Part shown: one piece after another, positions 13,560-28,101 of the stretch | Layout: each line of letters starts with the position of its first letter | Numbering within the stretch: the stretch's first letter is position 1 | Origin: Eledone cirrhosa | Lineage: Eukaryota | Assembly (NCBI GenBank): GCA_964016885.1 | Contig: OZ024760.1 | Location: 23,746,001 to 23,810,000 of the forward strand | DNA length: 64,000 nucleotides | Reading direction: 5' to 3' | Translations under genes and position numbers: made by a program | Notes under the pieces: generated by a model | The model's database searches: none | What the model saw: the letters and a program-made list of their open reading frames with translations, nothing else | Told to the model about the DNA's origin: nothing

Positions 13560-13966
13560 CACACACATACATATATATATATATATACACATATGTATAT
13601 ATTTATACACACACATGCATATGTATATATTTCATGGTTTATGAAAAATGTAGTCGGGTTCATAACCTGACAGTAATTACATTATGATTAGAATTGAAGA
13701 TGTTAGACATGCGCAAGTATTAGTAGACTTTACCTTCAAACCAGATATAATATTTATGTCATTGCATTTCTATTATTTATATAACGTCCTGGTGGTTGAT
13801 GTTATCATTACTTAAACGATATATTGTCTTAAATTTCGTTTTCTCTTTAAAGGTCTATGGTTTTTCAGTATTGTGACTCATGTTTCAAATTCTCTGTCAT
13901 TTTTCTTATATGTTTGCACACATATTTACCCGTCTGCATTTTAGAGGCTTCACAATCGTCTGTGTT

Positions 13967-14071
<105 letters not shown>

Positions 14072-14080
14072 ATATATATA

Positions 14081-14600
<520 letters not shown>

Positions 14601-14659
14601 AATTATATATATATATATACGTATATATATATATATATGTATTCGCTTATATATAGATG

Positions 14660-14773
<114 letters not shown>

Positions 14774-14873
14774 TATATGTGTGTTTGTGTGTGTGTGTGT
14801 GTGTGTTTGTGTTTATGTATATATATACATATATATCGTGACAGGAAATATGGTGGGTGATTTCAGATATATA

Positions 14874-15064
14874 ATTGTTTCTACTTTTGGCACAAGGCCA
14901 GCAATTATCCCAGCATATTACTGGTACTTTATTTTATCGACCCCGTAAGGATGAATGGCAAAGTGAACCTCGGGCGGTATTCGAACTCAGACCATAAAGG
15001 GCCGTAACTCTTTGCTGCAAAGCATGGCGCCCTACCCTCTACCGATACTGCCAATTCACCGCCC
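14874..15064 (-). mobile_element. tRNA-derived SINE
   Basis: Full copy; minus strand GGGCGGTGAATTGGCAGTATCGGTAGAGGG..GAGTTCGAATACC. Confidence 0.85.
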
Positions 15065-15579
15065 TTTAAGATATATAATGACGGTAGAAAGAGGACGAAT
15101 TTTTAGAAGTATGAAAAAAAGGAAAATCCCAATAAAAATACCAAAAACGATCGAAAGAATGAATGAGGTAAGAATTGGAGAAAGAAAAGTTGGATGAGAG
15201 AAAGAGTTTAAAGCGGAAAGAGAGCGAAAAAAGAGTGACAGAGAGAGAGAGGTGGTATATATATTTAAAAAAAACAAATAAAGAAAACAAAACAATTTAG
15301 TGTAAATACAAATATATACAGACAACTCATTCAATGGGACCATTCAATATATATATATTGTCATCATTAAGTCTGTCTTCCATCAATTTCTTTAAAATTT
15401 CTACGCCACAATTCTTATTTCACGCACCATTCCACAAATTCTGTGAGTTCTTACACGTCGATACATACCAAGGATTTCAGAATTCTATGCTAGACAAGTA
15501 GTTGATATCCTTCATTACATCACAATGTAAAAATTTCTCTCTATTTCTTTCAATATTATTTTATCCGTCGCCATTTTTA

Positions 15580-16650
15580 TTTTGTTATTCTTTGTTGCTG
15601 TTGTGTTTGTTTTTGTCGTTCTTGTCCTTGTGATGTTGATGTTGATGTTGATGGTGATAATTATGTTGATGGTGATGATGATGGCATTGTTGTCGTTGCA
15701 TTGGTTGTTGTTGTTGTGGTGGTGGTGGTGGTTTTTGTCTTGTTGTCAATGTTGTGTTATTACTTGTTTTTTTTGTGTGTTTCTGGTAGTGTGGATGTTT
15801 TTGTTATTGTTGTTGCTGTTATTGTTGTTGTTATGGTGGTGGTGGTTTTTGTTTTGTTGTGAAGTTTGTTGTGATGGTGATTGTTGTTGTGTGAATGTTA
15901 TTGTTGTTATTGTTGTTTTATTGTGAAGGTCATTTTGATGATTGTTCTTGTGTTTTCGGCAGTGTGGATGTTTTTGTTGGTGTGGTGGTGGTGCTGCTGG
16001 CAATGGTATTGGCGTTGTTGTTGTTGTTGGTGGTGGTGGTGGATTTTATTTTTTCTGGATGATGTTGTTGTTGTTGTTGGTGGTGGTGGTGTTTCCTTCG
16101 TTATTATGTTGGTAGTGAGGATTGTCGTTGCTATTGTTATGTTGTTGATGGTGTTGCTGGTGAAAATGGTGGTTCTGTTGTTGTTGTTGTATTGATGGTG
16201 ATGTTGCTGTTATTGTTGTTATGGTGATGGTTTTTGTTGTTCGTGTTATTGTGGTAGTTTTTGTTGTTGTTGTTGTTTTGGTAGTTTTAGTTGTTGCTGT
16301 TATGGTGATAGTTTTTGTTATTGTTGTTATGGTGATCGTTTTTGTTGCTGTTATGGTGATGGTGATGGTTTTTGATGTTTATTGGTGTTGTTGTTGCTCG
16401 ATGTTTTTTGTTGTCATAATTATTGTTGTTGACATATTTTTTTTTAGGTTTCTGTTGATTTTGCTATCGGTGGTGTCATAGTGGTTGTTGTTGTTGCTGT
16501 TGTTGTTGTTGTCGTCGTTGTTGTTGTTATTGTTGTTGTTATTGAAGATGTTGTTGTTGCTGCTGCCGATTTTGTTGTTATTGTTCATGCTGTTGTTGGT
16601 GTTGTTGTTGTTGTTATTGTTCTTGCTGTTGTTGTTATTGTTGTTACATT
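15580..16650. repeat. (GTT/GGT)n low-complexity tract
   Basis: Degenerate trinucleotide repeats. Confidence 0.9.
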
Positions 16651-16824
16651 ATACGAGAGTATTCAGAATTTAAAACAATAGTTCCAAGATATTCGTTCAT
16701 GGTTTTTTTATTTAATTTTCATGTATTTTTGTATATTTTTTCAATGACATTATATTTTGATATGAATAGAAGAAAATAAGTTTTTGCTGCTTGATTTTGT
16801 AATGACAATACACTGACGACGACA

Positions 16825-16868
<44 letters not shown>

Positions 16869-16964
16869 AACAATAATAATAATATTAATAATAATAATGA
16901 TGATGATGTGACTTGATGATAACTCGCATGAACATAAAGCAAGATAAACGAAATAATAATAATA

Positions 16965-17200
16965 ATCATTGTGGGAATTCCAATAATGGTTGGAGTCTTG
17001 GGAACATTGAGTACAGATCTTGATAAGTACACTAAATAAATAATTGTTCCTACTTTTGGCACAAGGCCAGCATTAATGGTACTTTATTTTATCGACCTCG
17101 TAAAGATGAAAGGCAAAGTTAACCTAAATAAATAATACTCGCAAAAAAAACAGCATTCCTTGGTAAAGCTCGAATACTCCGGAGGGTACTCATAAAATAG
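16965..17200 (+). mobile_element. 3' end of an R4/Dong-type (restriction-like endonuclease) LINE, interrupted by a SINE fragment at ~17042-17125
   Basis: Translates as IPIMVGVLGTLSTDLDKY ... TAFLGKARILRRVL, typical of the C-terminus of R4-clade elements. Confidence 0.6.
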
Positions 17201-17204
17201 GGGT

Positions 17205-17757
17205 TATTACCTCAATTCACTGGTAGTGAATAGCTAACACTGGAATATATCTTCAGTGTTAGAAGCTGAGATAAGGCATGTTACCTCAGTTCAATGGTAG
17301 TGAACACTTAATACTGTAATATATCTCCAGTGTTAGAAGCTGAGATAAGGCATGTTACCTCAGTTCACTGGTAGTGAACAGTTAATACTGTAATAGATCT
17401 CCAGTGTTAGAAGCTGAGACAAGGCATGTTACCTCAGTTCACTGGTAGTGAACAGTTAACACTGTAATACATCTCCAGTGTTAGAAGCTGAGATAAGGCA
17501 TGTTACCTCGGTTCACTGGTAGTGAACTGAGGTAACACTGTAATACGTCTCAAGTATTTGAAGCTGTGATAAGAGGTGTTATTGCAGTTCACTGGTAGTG
17601 AACAGTTAACACTGTAATACATCTCCAGGGTTAGAAGCTGAAATAATGGGTGTTATCTCAGTTCATTGGTTGTGAAGCTGAGATAAAGGGTGTTACCTCA
17701 GTTCTCTGGCAGTGAACAGATAACACTGTAATATATCACTAGCATTAGAAGCTGAGC
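17205..17757 (+). repeat. 74 bp tandem repeat (~7.5 copies), probably a reiterated LINE 3' UTR
   Basis: GTTACCTC(A/G)GTTC recurs at 17280, 17354, 17428 and 17502. Internal hairpin GTTCACT-GGT-AGTGAAC. Followed by (AAT)n. Confidence 0.85.
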
Positions 17758-17819
17758 GAAGGAACGACAACATAATAATAATAATAATAATAATAACACC
17801 TAGCCCAGACTCCCTATAA

Positions 17820-18300
17820 AGGCTAGACACATGTGATAGACACGGTGATCCACAAAGTAAACAATTTACCACATTCTGAGAAGTGGTATAAACATAAGCC
17901 GGAGTCGGTGTTAGAAAACGATGAGGTGAAGGTGCTATGGGATTTTAGGATAAATAGGCCCGACCTGGTGATTTTGAAGAAAGAAAAAAGATCGTGCCTG
18001 ATTGTAGATGTAGCCTGCCCATTTTACACGAGAGTGCATAAAAGGAGAGGGAGAAGATTAAGCGATACCAGGACTTAAAGTGGGAGTTAAAAAGGATTTG
18101 GAACTGCCATGAAATCAAGGTACTTTCTCAAAGAGTTTCCAAGGATAGTTAAAGAAGATTAGTCCAGTCCCCCTTTTTGGAACACTTCAAAAGCATGCTT
18201 GCTGGGAACAGCAAGAACCCTCCGATACGTCCTGAATGTCTGAAGCTGCAGGTAGCGTCTTGATATTCATTTCAAAAACTTTCCAGTTAAATAACATCAA
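17820..18300 (+). mobile_element. R4/Dong-type LINE restriction-like endonuclease fragment (decayed)
   Basis: KWYKHKPESVLENDEVKVLWDF..RPDLVI..CLIVDVACP, then after frameshifts KIKRYQDLKWELKRIW and ACLLGTARTLRYVL. Confidence 0.85.
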
Positions 18301-18324
18301 TCACTGAGACTCAAAGAACAATAA

Positions 18325-18500
18325 GGGTTTCCGATTTAGGGACAAGGCCAACAATTTTAGGGGAGGATAAAGTGAATTCAATAGACCCAGTACATTACTG
18401 GTACATTATTTCATTGACCCCGTAAGGAGGAACAGCAAAGCTAACCTCGGTGGAATTTCAACTCAGAACATAAAGGGACGTAACTATATGGTGCAAACCA
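18325..18500 (-). mobile_element. SINE, partial
   Basis: ACAAGGCCAACAATTTTAGGGGAG..GACCCCGTAAGGAG..CCTCGGTGGAATTTCAACTCAGAAC. Confidence 0.7.
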
Positions 18501-18501
18501 C

Positions 18502-18547
<46 letters not shown>

Positions 18548-18613
18548 GGATAGACTGATATGTGGGTAGGTCGCATTGCGATATGTAAATGTGTTATATA
18601 TATATACACACAC

Positions 18614-18693
<80 letters not shown>

Positions 18694-18774
18694 AAAGGTA
18701 AATAGAAATAACACAATAGGTACAGTATATGGAAGGAATATATTAGGTTAACGCTTGAAATAGTAGGAAGAGGG

Positions 18775-18810
18775 TCTTAACGTTTCGAACGCTAGTCCTT
18801 CATCAGAAGA
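18775..18810 (-). ncRNA. Minimal PLE-type hammerhead
   Basis: TCTT-CTGATGA-A-GGA-CTAGCG-TTC-GAAA-CG-TT^AAGA. Stem I is 4 bp and stem III is the palindrome ACGT. Lies in an ~210 bp island (18690-18910) between microsatellites. Confidence 0.75.
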
Positions 18811-18908
18811 AAGAATGAGAAATAAGATAGAATGAAGGGACGGGCGGGGTGGAATTTGAAAAAATCTCTTTAGATAAAATAACAGGTCCATTCCTGTTGA
18901 CATCTCTT

Positions 18909-18977
<69 letters not shown>

Positions 18978-19863
18978 AAAATGGGGAGAAAAATACTGCT
19001 GGTAGCACATGGATTACATGTAATAAAATAAGTCCCTCATCAGTGATTTGCCGACGATCATAGATATTTCATTGATATAAAAATCATATACCTCACGTCG
19101 GTGCAATAATAACTAAATTAAGTTTTAGGATAATTAAAACGCGTAAAGCGAGTGAGACAGGAAAACAACAAAGAGTGGAAAACAACAAAGAGTAGAGCTA
19201 ACCATAGAAGGAAGGAAACAAGCTTCATGGTTATTCTGTTAGCATAAGCTAGGTGAATATATGAGCGCTTAGAAAAAAGACCTTTTGCGAACGAATGCAA
19301 TGTGAGAAAGAGAGAAATTGCTTTCGTCGCGAACGGGGTGAAGTGAGAAGAGGAGAAACAGTGAGTGAGTATGCAATGAGAAGCGGTGTGAATTGATATA
19401 ACCTCAAGCAATTTCATAATTTAGACATTAATTCTTGCACTAACTAAATACGATTAATAAAGAGACAGACACATGTACACACACGTACACACACATACAC
19501 ACACGTACACACACGTACACACACACACTTGACCACACATGAATACGAAGATAAACACACGCTCAAACACGCACATAGACACAGGCATATACACAAACAT
19601 AGACACGTACACATGCGCACACAGTTACACACACACACAGAACCAAACACACGCGCATACACACACATGGACACATGTCTATAAACATGAGTACGTATAC
19701 ACTCATGTAAACAGGCGCATACACGTTAGCAAACAGTCACGCACATATGATTATACACACACAAGTAAACAGGCACACACCGATGAATATACGCACAAGC
19801 ACACTCAAACACATACATATGTGTACACACACAAATACACATATTTGAGTATAGAGACACAAG

Positions 19864-19935
<72 letters not shown>

Positions 19936-19953
19936 CAGACACACACACACACG

Positions 19954-19989
<36 letters not shown>

Positions 19990-20196
19990 CAACAAGGTGA
20001 AAGTAATAAAGAGAATATAATTAGTATGAATGTGTATATCCTTTAGATGTTTCGAAATTCTTCTGTTTTCTTCGGAAATGGTTTCTTCAATGGATACAAC
20101 AAAAGGCGCCGCAACCTTTAGAAGTTTATTAGAAAGGGAACCGTGTAAATATATAATATATATAATATGATATACATTAGCAAAGGCACACAGATA

Positions 20197-20303
<107 letters not shown>

Positions 20304-20713
20304 ATGTGTGTGTATGTGTGTGTGGGGGAGGTGTATACATGTGTGTGCGTTCGAGTGTTTATATATATATATATATACAATAGCCTGCGAATGTGTGTGC
20401 GTGTATATATATATATATAAATGAAAGGTATAGAAAGCATTGTAGCAAGAAGCCAACAGTATTCCATAATATATATTCCATATATATATATATATCATAA
20501 ATCATGTACTTAGAATATTGATTTTTTATATTGTTAACTATGCTAATTGGGAGAGGAAATGGTATATATTTTATCTAGTGGTTCTAAGGAGAGGGTTTAT
20601 GATATATTGCTCTGATTATTTAATTTATTAATTCTTCATTGAGCCACAACGTGACCGGTTGCAAAACATATGTATCTATGACTTTATGTATATGTAAACC
20701 TTTATATGTTATA

Positions 20714-20745
<32 letters not shown>

Positions 20746-20752
20746 TTTTATA

Positions 20753-20862
20753 GAAGGACTAGTACTGTTTCATTCAGATGAAATCTTCAGGAAGCATTTT
20801 ACTCTGCCATGTATTGAGTACCTTACTTACTGTGGTTATCCCCGACTCAACCCGGGACCTAC

Positions 20863-20863
<1 letters not shown>
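20753..20863. mobile_element. Family E element: inverted hammerhead-like arm plus tail
   Basis: Minus strand CTGAAGA-T-TTC-ATCT-GAA-T-GAAAC-AGTACT-AGTC. Tail TACTTACTGTGGTTA.CCCCGA is shared with 28746 and ~51670. Stem I is not evident. Confidence 0.6.
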
Positions 20864-20907
<44 letters not shown>

Positions 20908-21347
20908 CATATCCAAATGTCTTTCGGACATGAAACCCTTAATTTAATTTTGGATATATATACGGCCCCTTAATTGTAGAGCTAAGTCAGTTGAAAGGAT
21001 TCGGCTGCTATTTCTAGCTGTCGATAATCCTATTCACGCCACTGAGGTGACGCTGGTACAATGTGTGTATTTTTAAAAAATGCAACACATGGGACGGGTC
21101 ATTCGCAGATTTGCTTTTGCTATGTAAAGAGAGATAGTTAAATCTTCTCCCTTGTTCAAAATCCGGATTTGACTACTGTGAGTTTACGGATTAATGGTGA
21201 AATATATTTCTTTAATGAAATATATACAAGGAAGATTAATCATTTTAAAATGTATCTATATTTCCAGTGAAACTTTAATTAGTTACCTACCTAGCTGTGT
21301 GTGCTTACACACTTTACAAATTATCCCCTATGATTGCTTCATGTGTT

Positions 21348-21402
<55 letters not shown>

Positions 21403-21424
21403 AATCAATTTCTAGTTGATATAT

Positions 21425-21507
<83 letters not shown>

Positions 21508-21920
21508 CGGGAGAGATGACCCCTTAGCCTTTGTCAAGGCAGAATTCTAGGAGAAGGAAAACTCTGATATAACACCTGCAACCCTGATGGTATCCAATGA
21601 TGTTGACTTGTTCTTCTTTTTGGTAAATATCATCTTGGTTAACAGAGTGGGACTGGCTTTGTGCAGTGCCTTTGCTCACTATAAAAGCTTCACGGCACAG
21701 GCATTGCTTTATATCTGGAGATCTCTCTGCACTTGTCGTCACATGGTACCATGGGCCCAGCACTATGTGTCAGTAATTGTCACAAGTGTAGTGTTTGTAC
21801 CAGAGTTTTCAAGTCGCTGGCTGGACTAAAAAGTCACACTCGTTCAGCGCTCGTCGGTAGGGGTTCTCCTACATGGATATAAAGTAGTGGCCGTACTCGA
21901 AAACGAGTTGGCAGCCACCA
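21508..21920 (+). mobile_element. Non-coding repeat resembling an RTE-clade 5' UTR or non-autonomous derivative
   Basis: Near-identical inverted copy at 50818-51222. The motif CTAGGAGAAGGAAAACTCTGA is recalled from RTE 5' UTRs, so the family assignment is inference. Confidence 0.55.
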
Positions 21921-22199
21921 TATATATATATATATAACATATATAGTTATGTAATAAACAACATAAGATAATTAATTCATTTACCAATGAATATATATAT
22001 ATATATATATACATATCCACACAAACACATACAAACATGTGTATACATACATACACACATCTGTCTATACACGCACATATACACAGACATACATAAGCTC
22101 ACACACACGCGCCACGCTTACACTTAAGTGTGCATATACACATAATCGTAAAGGTATATATATACACACAGACATACTGCAAATTCCTGACCTTCTACG

Positions 22200-22600
22200 T
22201 CTTCTTCTCCTCTTTCTTCGTCGTTGTTTTGTCATTCTCCATCGCCATCCACTTATTCCTGGGAGGGTCTCGGGCTCTGATCACTTATGCAGCCTTTTCA
22301 TCCGGCTGAAGCCCCAAGCGAGATCAACCAAGCTCATGATCTGCACTAGAATCTTCTGCCGGTTGGTTTCCGCCATTGGAATCTGTCCAGCGATTCTTAC
22401 CTGAAACATTCGAAGCCGATACCTATAGAACAGGAGCTGTGATATTTCAATTCGTATAAAGAGCGGCCCTACCTGGAGCTTGTCTCTGATCTAGGAGCTA
22501 CATATTCTCTTGAATATCGTTGCTCAAAGCACTCTTCGGAGGAACCCCATTTCGGTTTCTTTTATTCGCCACCGTATTCTTTCGCTCATTATCCAAGATT
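22200..22600 (-). mobile_element. RTE-clade LINE 3' fragment (decayed)
   Basis: Minus strand SWIMSERIRWRIK/ETEMGFLRRVL*ATIFKRICSS*IRDKLQVGPLFIRIEISQL; ends in (GAA)-like repeats. Confidence 0.75.
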
Positions 22601-22896
22601 AATGATTGTCAAAATATATTGAAAAACATAGACAGGCCTATTCCTTAGAAACATGGTAACGATTGAGTTAAAAGCATTTAAATAATACAAAAAAATATTA
22701 GTACGGTAATTATATTTCTGTATGCAAATTATATTTTCAGTAAGAGGATTATGCCCATAACAATGGCTTGTCTGTCGATGTTTTGGGACTTGATAAAATA
22801 TTTATAATTACATAATTAGATTGAAGTCACGTTTTCTGTGAACATGTTATGAATACTGTACGCGTGTCTCCATATTTTTTTCGTTTACCCTGTCTG

Positions 22897-22975
<79 letters not shown>

Positions 22976-23080
22976 ATTATTGTATCTATCTATATAGCTA
23001 TCTATTTATCTATCTCTCTATCTATCTATTAATCTATATATTTATCTAGCCATATATCTATGTATCTATATATCTATCTC

Positions 23081-23162
<82 letters not shown>

Positions 23163-23165
<3 letters not shown>

Positions 23166-23480
23166 CGAAGGAAATGTGGTAAGGAACCAGGTAGACCATA
23201 ACGCACCAAAGTACTCAATACTTAGGGTAGTAGAGTGGGTAATAGGAACGAGTAGGACCCCGACGGCTGAGCTCAAGCCGTTTCGACGGCAAATTCTGGA
23301 CTAAATGAAAATGTTTATCCTGGTATATGAATAGCCGAGCTTCTCAGGTGGTATTTCCATATATGGTAAAAGTGATTCTCACAAGGATTGGTCAAAAGTT
23401 TGTTGTTGAGACACATAATTCTATCATGGCAATTTGTAGAGGGAAGGGGTAGCTGAACTCTTTCTTCTACTGGCAGGTTA
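23163..23480 (-). mobile_element. Family A copy; HHR at 23245-23358 (minus) with core CTGAGAA (C3/A8 mismatch)
   Basis: Colinear with 4981-5229; stem III CGGCT-TGAGCTC-AGCCG-TC-GGGGT is intact. Confidence 0.8.
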
Positions 23481-23481
23481 T

Positions 23482-23858
23482 TGGAGTAAAAATACGATAT
23501 ATTAACAAATAGAAACTATATTTATAAAACCATATTCATTTCATTATACATATTTCAAAGACACCAAGTTAAATTATGGTGTGCTTTCATCAGATAAAAT
23601 ATAATATAGAGCAGTTTTATAAATAAATATTGACATACCCTTAAAGAATGCGACGGTTTCTGTTGGAAACCTATCCAAGAGCTTCCAACAGAAACGGTCG
23701 CATTCTTTAAGGGTATGTCAATATTTATTTATAAAACTGCTCTGTATTATATGTTATCTGATGAAAGCACACCATAATTTAACTTGGTGTCCTTGAAATA
23801 TGTATAATGAAATAAATATGGTTTTATAAATATAGTTTCCATTTGTTAATATATCGTA
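23482..23858. mobile_element. Family B fold-back with two hammerheads (23537-23601 minus; 23750-23814 plus)
   Basis: Arms ~23492-23668 and 23683-23858. Confidence 0.85.
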
Positions 23859-24254
23859 TATATACATATATGTATGTGTGTGTGTATATATATATATATA
23901 TATACTGTATATATAAACACCTACGTATCTACCAACCTATGTAGCTCCCTATCTACTATTCTATATATCTATCAACATACCTATATATCTATATATCTGT
24001 CAATCTACTGTCTAGATTAGTCACCACTCTACGCTCCTCTACTCTCTACATTACTCTTGACAGATTGACAACGATTTAATTAATTGAGATCAAAGCTAGA
24101 CGCAGGCACGTGACTAGCATACTGAGACTTTCACTGTTATTTTTGTTTTGATTTTGTCGTTTTGCTTTTTTTGTTTTTGTTTTTTGTTTTTTTCTGTGTG
24201 AAGTGCTTGTTGGCAATACCTGGTTGTTAGTTCAGAGAGGGTCAGGAGTAAGTA

Positions 24255-26050
24255 TGTGGTGGCGCTAGTGGTGGTGTGGACGTGGCTATTGTGGTAATGG
24301 TGGTGGTGGTGGTGGTGGTGTCGTGGCTATTGTGGTAATGGTGGTGTGGTGTGGACGTGGCTATTGTGGTAATGGTGCTGGTGGTGGTGGTGGTGGCGGT
24401 GTTGGTGGCGCTGGTGGTGATGGTAGTGGTGTTTGTGTGGTGGTTGTCATGGTGGTGGCGCTTGTGATCGTTGTAGTGTTGGTGGTGGTTTTGATGTTGG
24501 TGGTTTTGATGGTGGTTATGTTTGTGTGGAGGAGGTCATGGTGGTGGCAGTGGTGTTGGTGTGGAGGTGGTTATGGTGGTGGTGTTCGCACTGGTGGTGG
24601 CGGTGGTGGCCGTGTTGATGGTAGTGGTATTATATGTGGAGGTGGTGATCGTGGTGGTTTTGGCGCTGGAGGTGGCGGTGGCGGTGGTGTGGTGGCACTG
24701 TTGATGATAGTCGTGTTGGTGTGGAAGTGGTTATGCTGGTGGTGGTGGTGTTGTTGTTGTGGTCGTGGTGTTGTTGTGGTGGTGGTGGTGGTGGTGGTGG
24801 TGGTGTGGTGGTAGTGTTGATCAAAGTGGTCTTGGTGTGGAGGTAGTAATGCTGGTGGTGGTGGTGTGGGGTTGTAGTGGTTGTGTTGGCGGCGTGGTGG
24901 TGTTGGTGTGGTGGTGATGGTGGTGGAGGTGGTGGTGGTGTAGTGGTTGCGGTAGTGGTCGTAGTGTTGATGGTAGTGGTGTTGGTGTGGAGGTGGTTAT
25001 GCTAGTGGTGGTGGTGGTGTGGGGTTTTAATGGTGGTGGTGTTGTTGTTTTTGTGGTGGTGGTGATGGTGGTGGCGGCGGTGGTGGTGTGATGGTAGTGT
25101 TCATGATATTGGTGTTCGTGTGGAGGTGGTAATGCTGGTGGTGGTGGTGGTGTGGGGTTGGTGTGGTGGTGTTGTTGTTGTTGTGGTGGTGGTGGTGGTG
25201 TTGGTGTGGTGGTGTTGGTGTGGAGGTGATTATGCTGGTTGTGGTGTGGGGTTGTAGTGGTGGTGTTGACGTGGTGGTGGTGTAGTGATGGTGGTGTTGT
25301 GATCGTGTTGATGGTAGTGGTTTTGATATTCATATTGTTATGCTGGCGGTGTGGGATTGTAGTGGTGGTGTTGGTGTGGTGGTCGCGGTGGTGGTATTGG
25401 TGGTTGCGTTGATGGTAGTGGTGTTGGTGGAGGTGGTTCTGGTGCTACTAATGGTGGTATGGGGTTGTAGTGGTGGTGTTGGTGTGGTGGTCGCGGTGGT
25501 GGTATTGGTGGTTGCGTTGATGGTAGTGGTGTTGGTGGAGGTGGTTCTGGTGCTACTAATGGTGGTATGGGGTTGTAGTGGTGGTGTTGGTGTGGTGGTC
25601 GCGGTGGTGGTATTGGTGGTTGCCTTGAGGGTAGTGGTGTTGGTGGAGGTGGTTATGGTGCTACCAATGGTGGTGTGGGATTATAGTGGTTGTGTTGGTG
25701 TGGTGGTCGCGGTGGTGGTATTGGTGGTTGCCTTGATGGTAGTGGTGTTGGTGGAGGTAGTTCTGGTGCTACTAATGGTGGTGTGGGATTGTAGTGGTGC
25801 TTGTGGTGTTGATGGTAGTGGAATTGGAGGTGGTTATGGTTTGGTAATGGTGGTATGGGGTTGTAGTGGTGGTGTTGGTGTGGTTGTAGTGGTGGTGATG
25901 ATGCTGTTGGTGACGATACAGATAAGGCTAGAAGCAAGTTGAGTGTGTTGTTGTTCATGATGGTTGTGGTGAGTGTGCTGGTGCTTGTGGTGGTAGTAGT
26001 GGTGATGGTGATGTAGGGTGCTGGTGCTGGTGGTGGTAGCAGTGGTCGTG
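24255..26050. repeat. (GGT)n low-complexity tract containing a 108 bp higher-order repeat (~4 copies, ~25345-25800)
   Basis: GGTGCTACTAATGG at 25441 and 25549; 36-aa periodicity in ORF 25340-25942. Confidence 0.85.
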
Positions 26051-27557
26051 CTGATGTAGGTTGCTCCTGCGATCAGTAAAATCAACAGAATCTTACTGAA
26101 ATACAATGATAATAATACACGTGTTTCGGGATTATAGGCATGCGCAATGAATTTCCGGAAGCGTGCCGTTATTGATAATCCCTTCTAATCTAAACAGAAT
26201 GCCAACAGGTCGGTTTTATTCGTCCTCTCCCGGTTGCAATATGTGAGTTCGATTTCAGGGCACCGCGTTGTGTCATATAAAAAGAAAAAAATACTTTTTG
26301 AAGAAGATGAAGAAGAAGAAGAAAAAAAAGAAAATGAAAAAGAAAAAGAAGAAGAAGAAAAATAAGATGACGATGATGATGAAAAAGAAGAAGAAGAAGA
26401 AGATTACATTATTCTGTATATTCTTCCGTCGTCAGATGTAAGTGTACTTTGAAAGAGATATACTCAATAGTTAAAATAGAAAACATTGATTATTAATGCT
26501 CTTCTGAAGAACTTTACTTTTTTTAAGAAATAAAGGGCTCAGAACAAAATAATTTCCAAGAAGTTAATAACGGAAATGTGGCCTCGTTGACACCCATTAA
26601 TGGTAGAAAATATAACACATCAATAGACTAAATCTAAATTATATTAGCACTGGAATGAAAACACAACTACCACACAAAAAATAATACAAAGATCAACCGA
26701 AAAAACTATGCATTATTGCCAGTGATATGTGTTAATTATGACTAAGGTTTAAGCGGCTAAGGAGAGTGATCTCATTAAACAAGTGAAACGCTTACATTTA
26801 GGAGACATTTTTTAATTTGACCACCATTTTGGTTCAGAGAGAAAAACAAAGAACATTACGCCGCCCAAAATTCTTATTGCACTAAAATGAAAAAAAATGT
26901 ACAGCCCCAGCTGTATCATCAACACAGCGACATCACCACTACCAAAAAACCAACACCGCCACCACGACCACGACCACCATACTAACACCACAACCACCAC
27001 CGCAACAACACCACCACCACCATACTAACACCAACACCACCACCGTCACTACCACCACAGCAAGAAAATCATCATCACCACCACCATATCAACACCAAAA
27101 CTACCATCACCACCACGCCACCACTACACAATCACCATCACCCCCACCACAACACAACCATCACCACCACGACACCAACAACATCATCACCACCACTACC
27201 ATCACATCAACAAAATCATCAAAACCGCCACCACACCACAACCACCATCACCAACAGACCGCCACTACACTACCACCATCACCACTGCACCAACACCACA
27301 ACCACCACTACCACAACACCAACAAAATCATCACCAGCACCACACCACGACTACACCATCACCATCACCACAACGCAACCAACACCACCACCACACCACC
27401 ACCACCACCACCACACCACCACCAAACCATTACAATCCCACAGCTCCACCACCACAATAAAAAAACATACAAAAACATTGAAAACATACTAACAACAACT
27501 ACGAACAAAAATAAAACAACAAGCAAAGAAAAGGTGGAGGAAAAGTAATTTCAACAA

Positions 27558-28101
27558 TAATTGCTTCACTTTAGGCACAAGGCCAACAATTAACTAGTGT
27601 ATTACTGGTACTTTATTTTATCGACCCCGTAAGGATGAAAGGCAAAGTTAAGCTCGGCGCGATTTGAACTCAGATCATAAAGGGCCGTAACTCTACGTTG
27701 TAAAGCATGGCGTCCGACCCTTTACCGATAATAGCAAAGAGAGGAGGGGAAAATTAGAATATAGAACGAGAAAACATAATTTGTTACTTCGCAAAGTTAA
27801 AGTTAACCTCGGCGGATTTGAACTCAGATCATAAAGGGCCGTAACTCTACGTTGTAAAGCATGGCGTCCGACCCTTTACCGATAATAGCAAAGAGAGGAG
27901 GGAACAATTAGAATATAGAACGAGAAAACATAATTTGTTACTTCGCAAAGTTAAAGTTAACCTCGGCGGGATTTGAACTCCGTCCATTTACGGTCTCAGT
28001 TCCCGTGGAGGTCAACTTCACCTTTCATCCTTACGAGGTCGATAAAATAAAGTACCAGTAAAGTACTGGTTTATTGCTGGTCTTGTGCCAAATGTAGAAA
28101 C
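27558..28101. mobile_element. SINE cluster with an ~175 bp local tandem duplication and an oppositely oriented copy
   Basis: GATTTGAACTCAGATCATAAAGGGCCG..TTCGCAAAGTTAAAGTTAACCTCGGCGG occurs twice; a plus-strand partial copy lies at ~27990-28101. Confidence 0.8.

Noticed and set aside
17205-17757. CRISPR-like appearance of the 74 bp repeat
   Set aside because: No unique spacers, no cas genes, eukaryotic context.
25340-26106. Signal-peptide-like start (YFSKILLILLIAGA) and Thr-rich 36 aa repeat suggesting a mucin exon on the minus strand
   Set aside because: The start is TTG, the frame closes at 25834, and the composition is explained by (ACC)n-derived repeats. It cannot be supported without RNA data.
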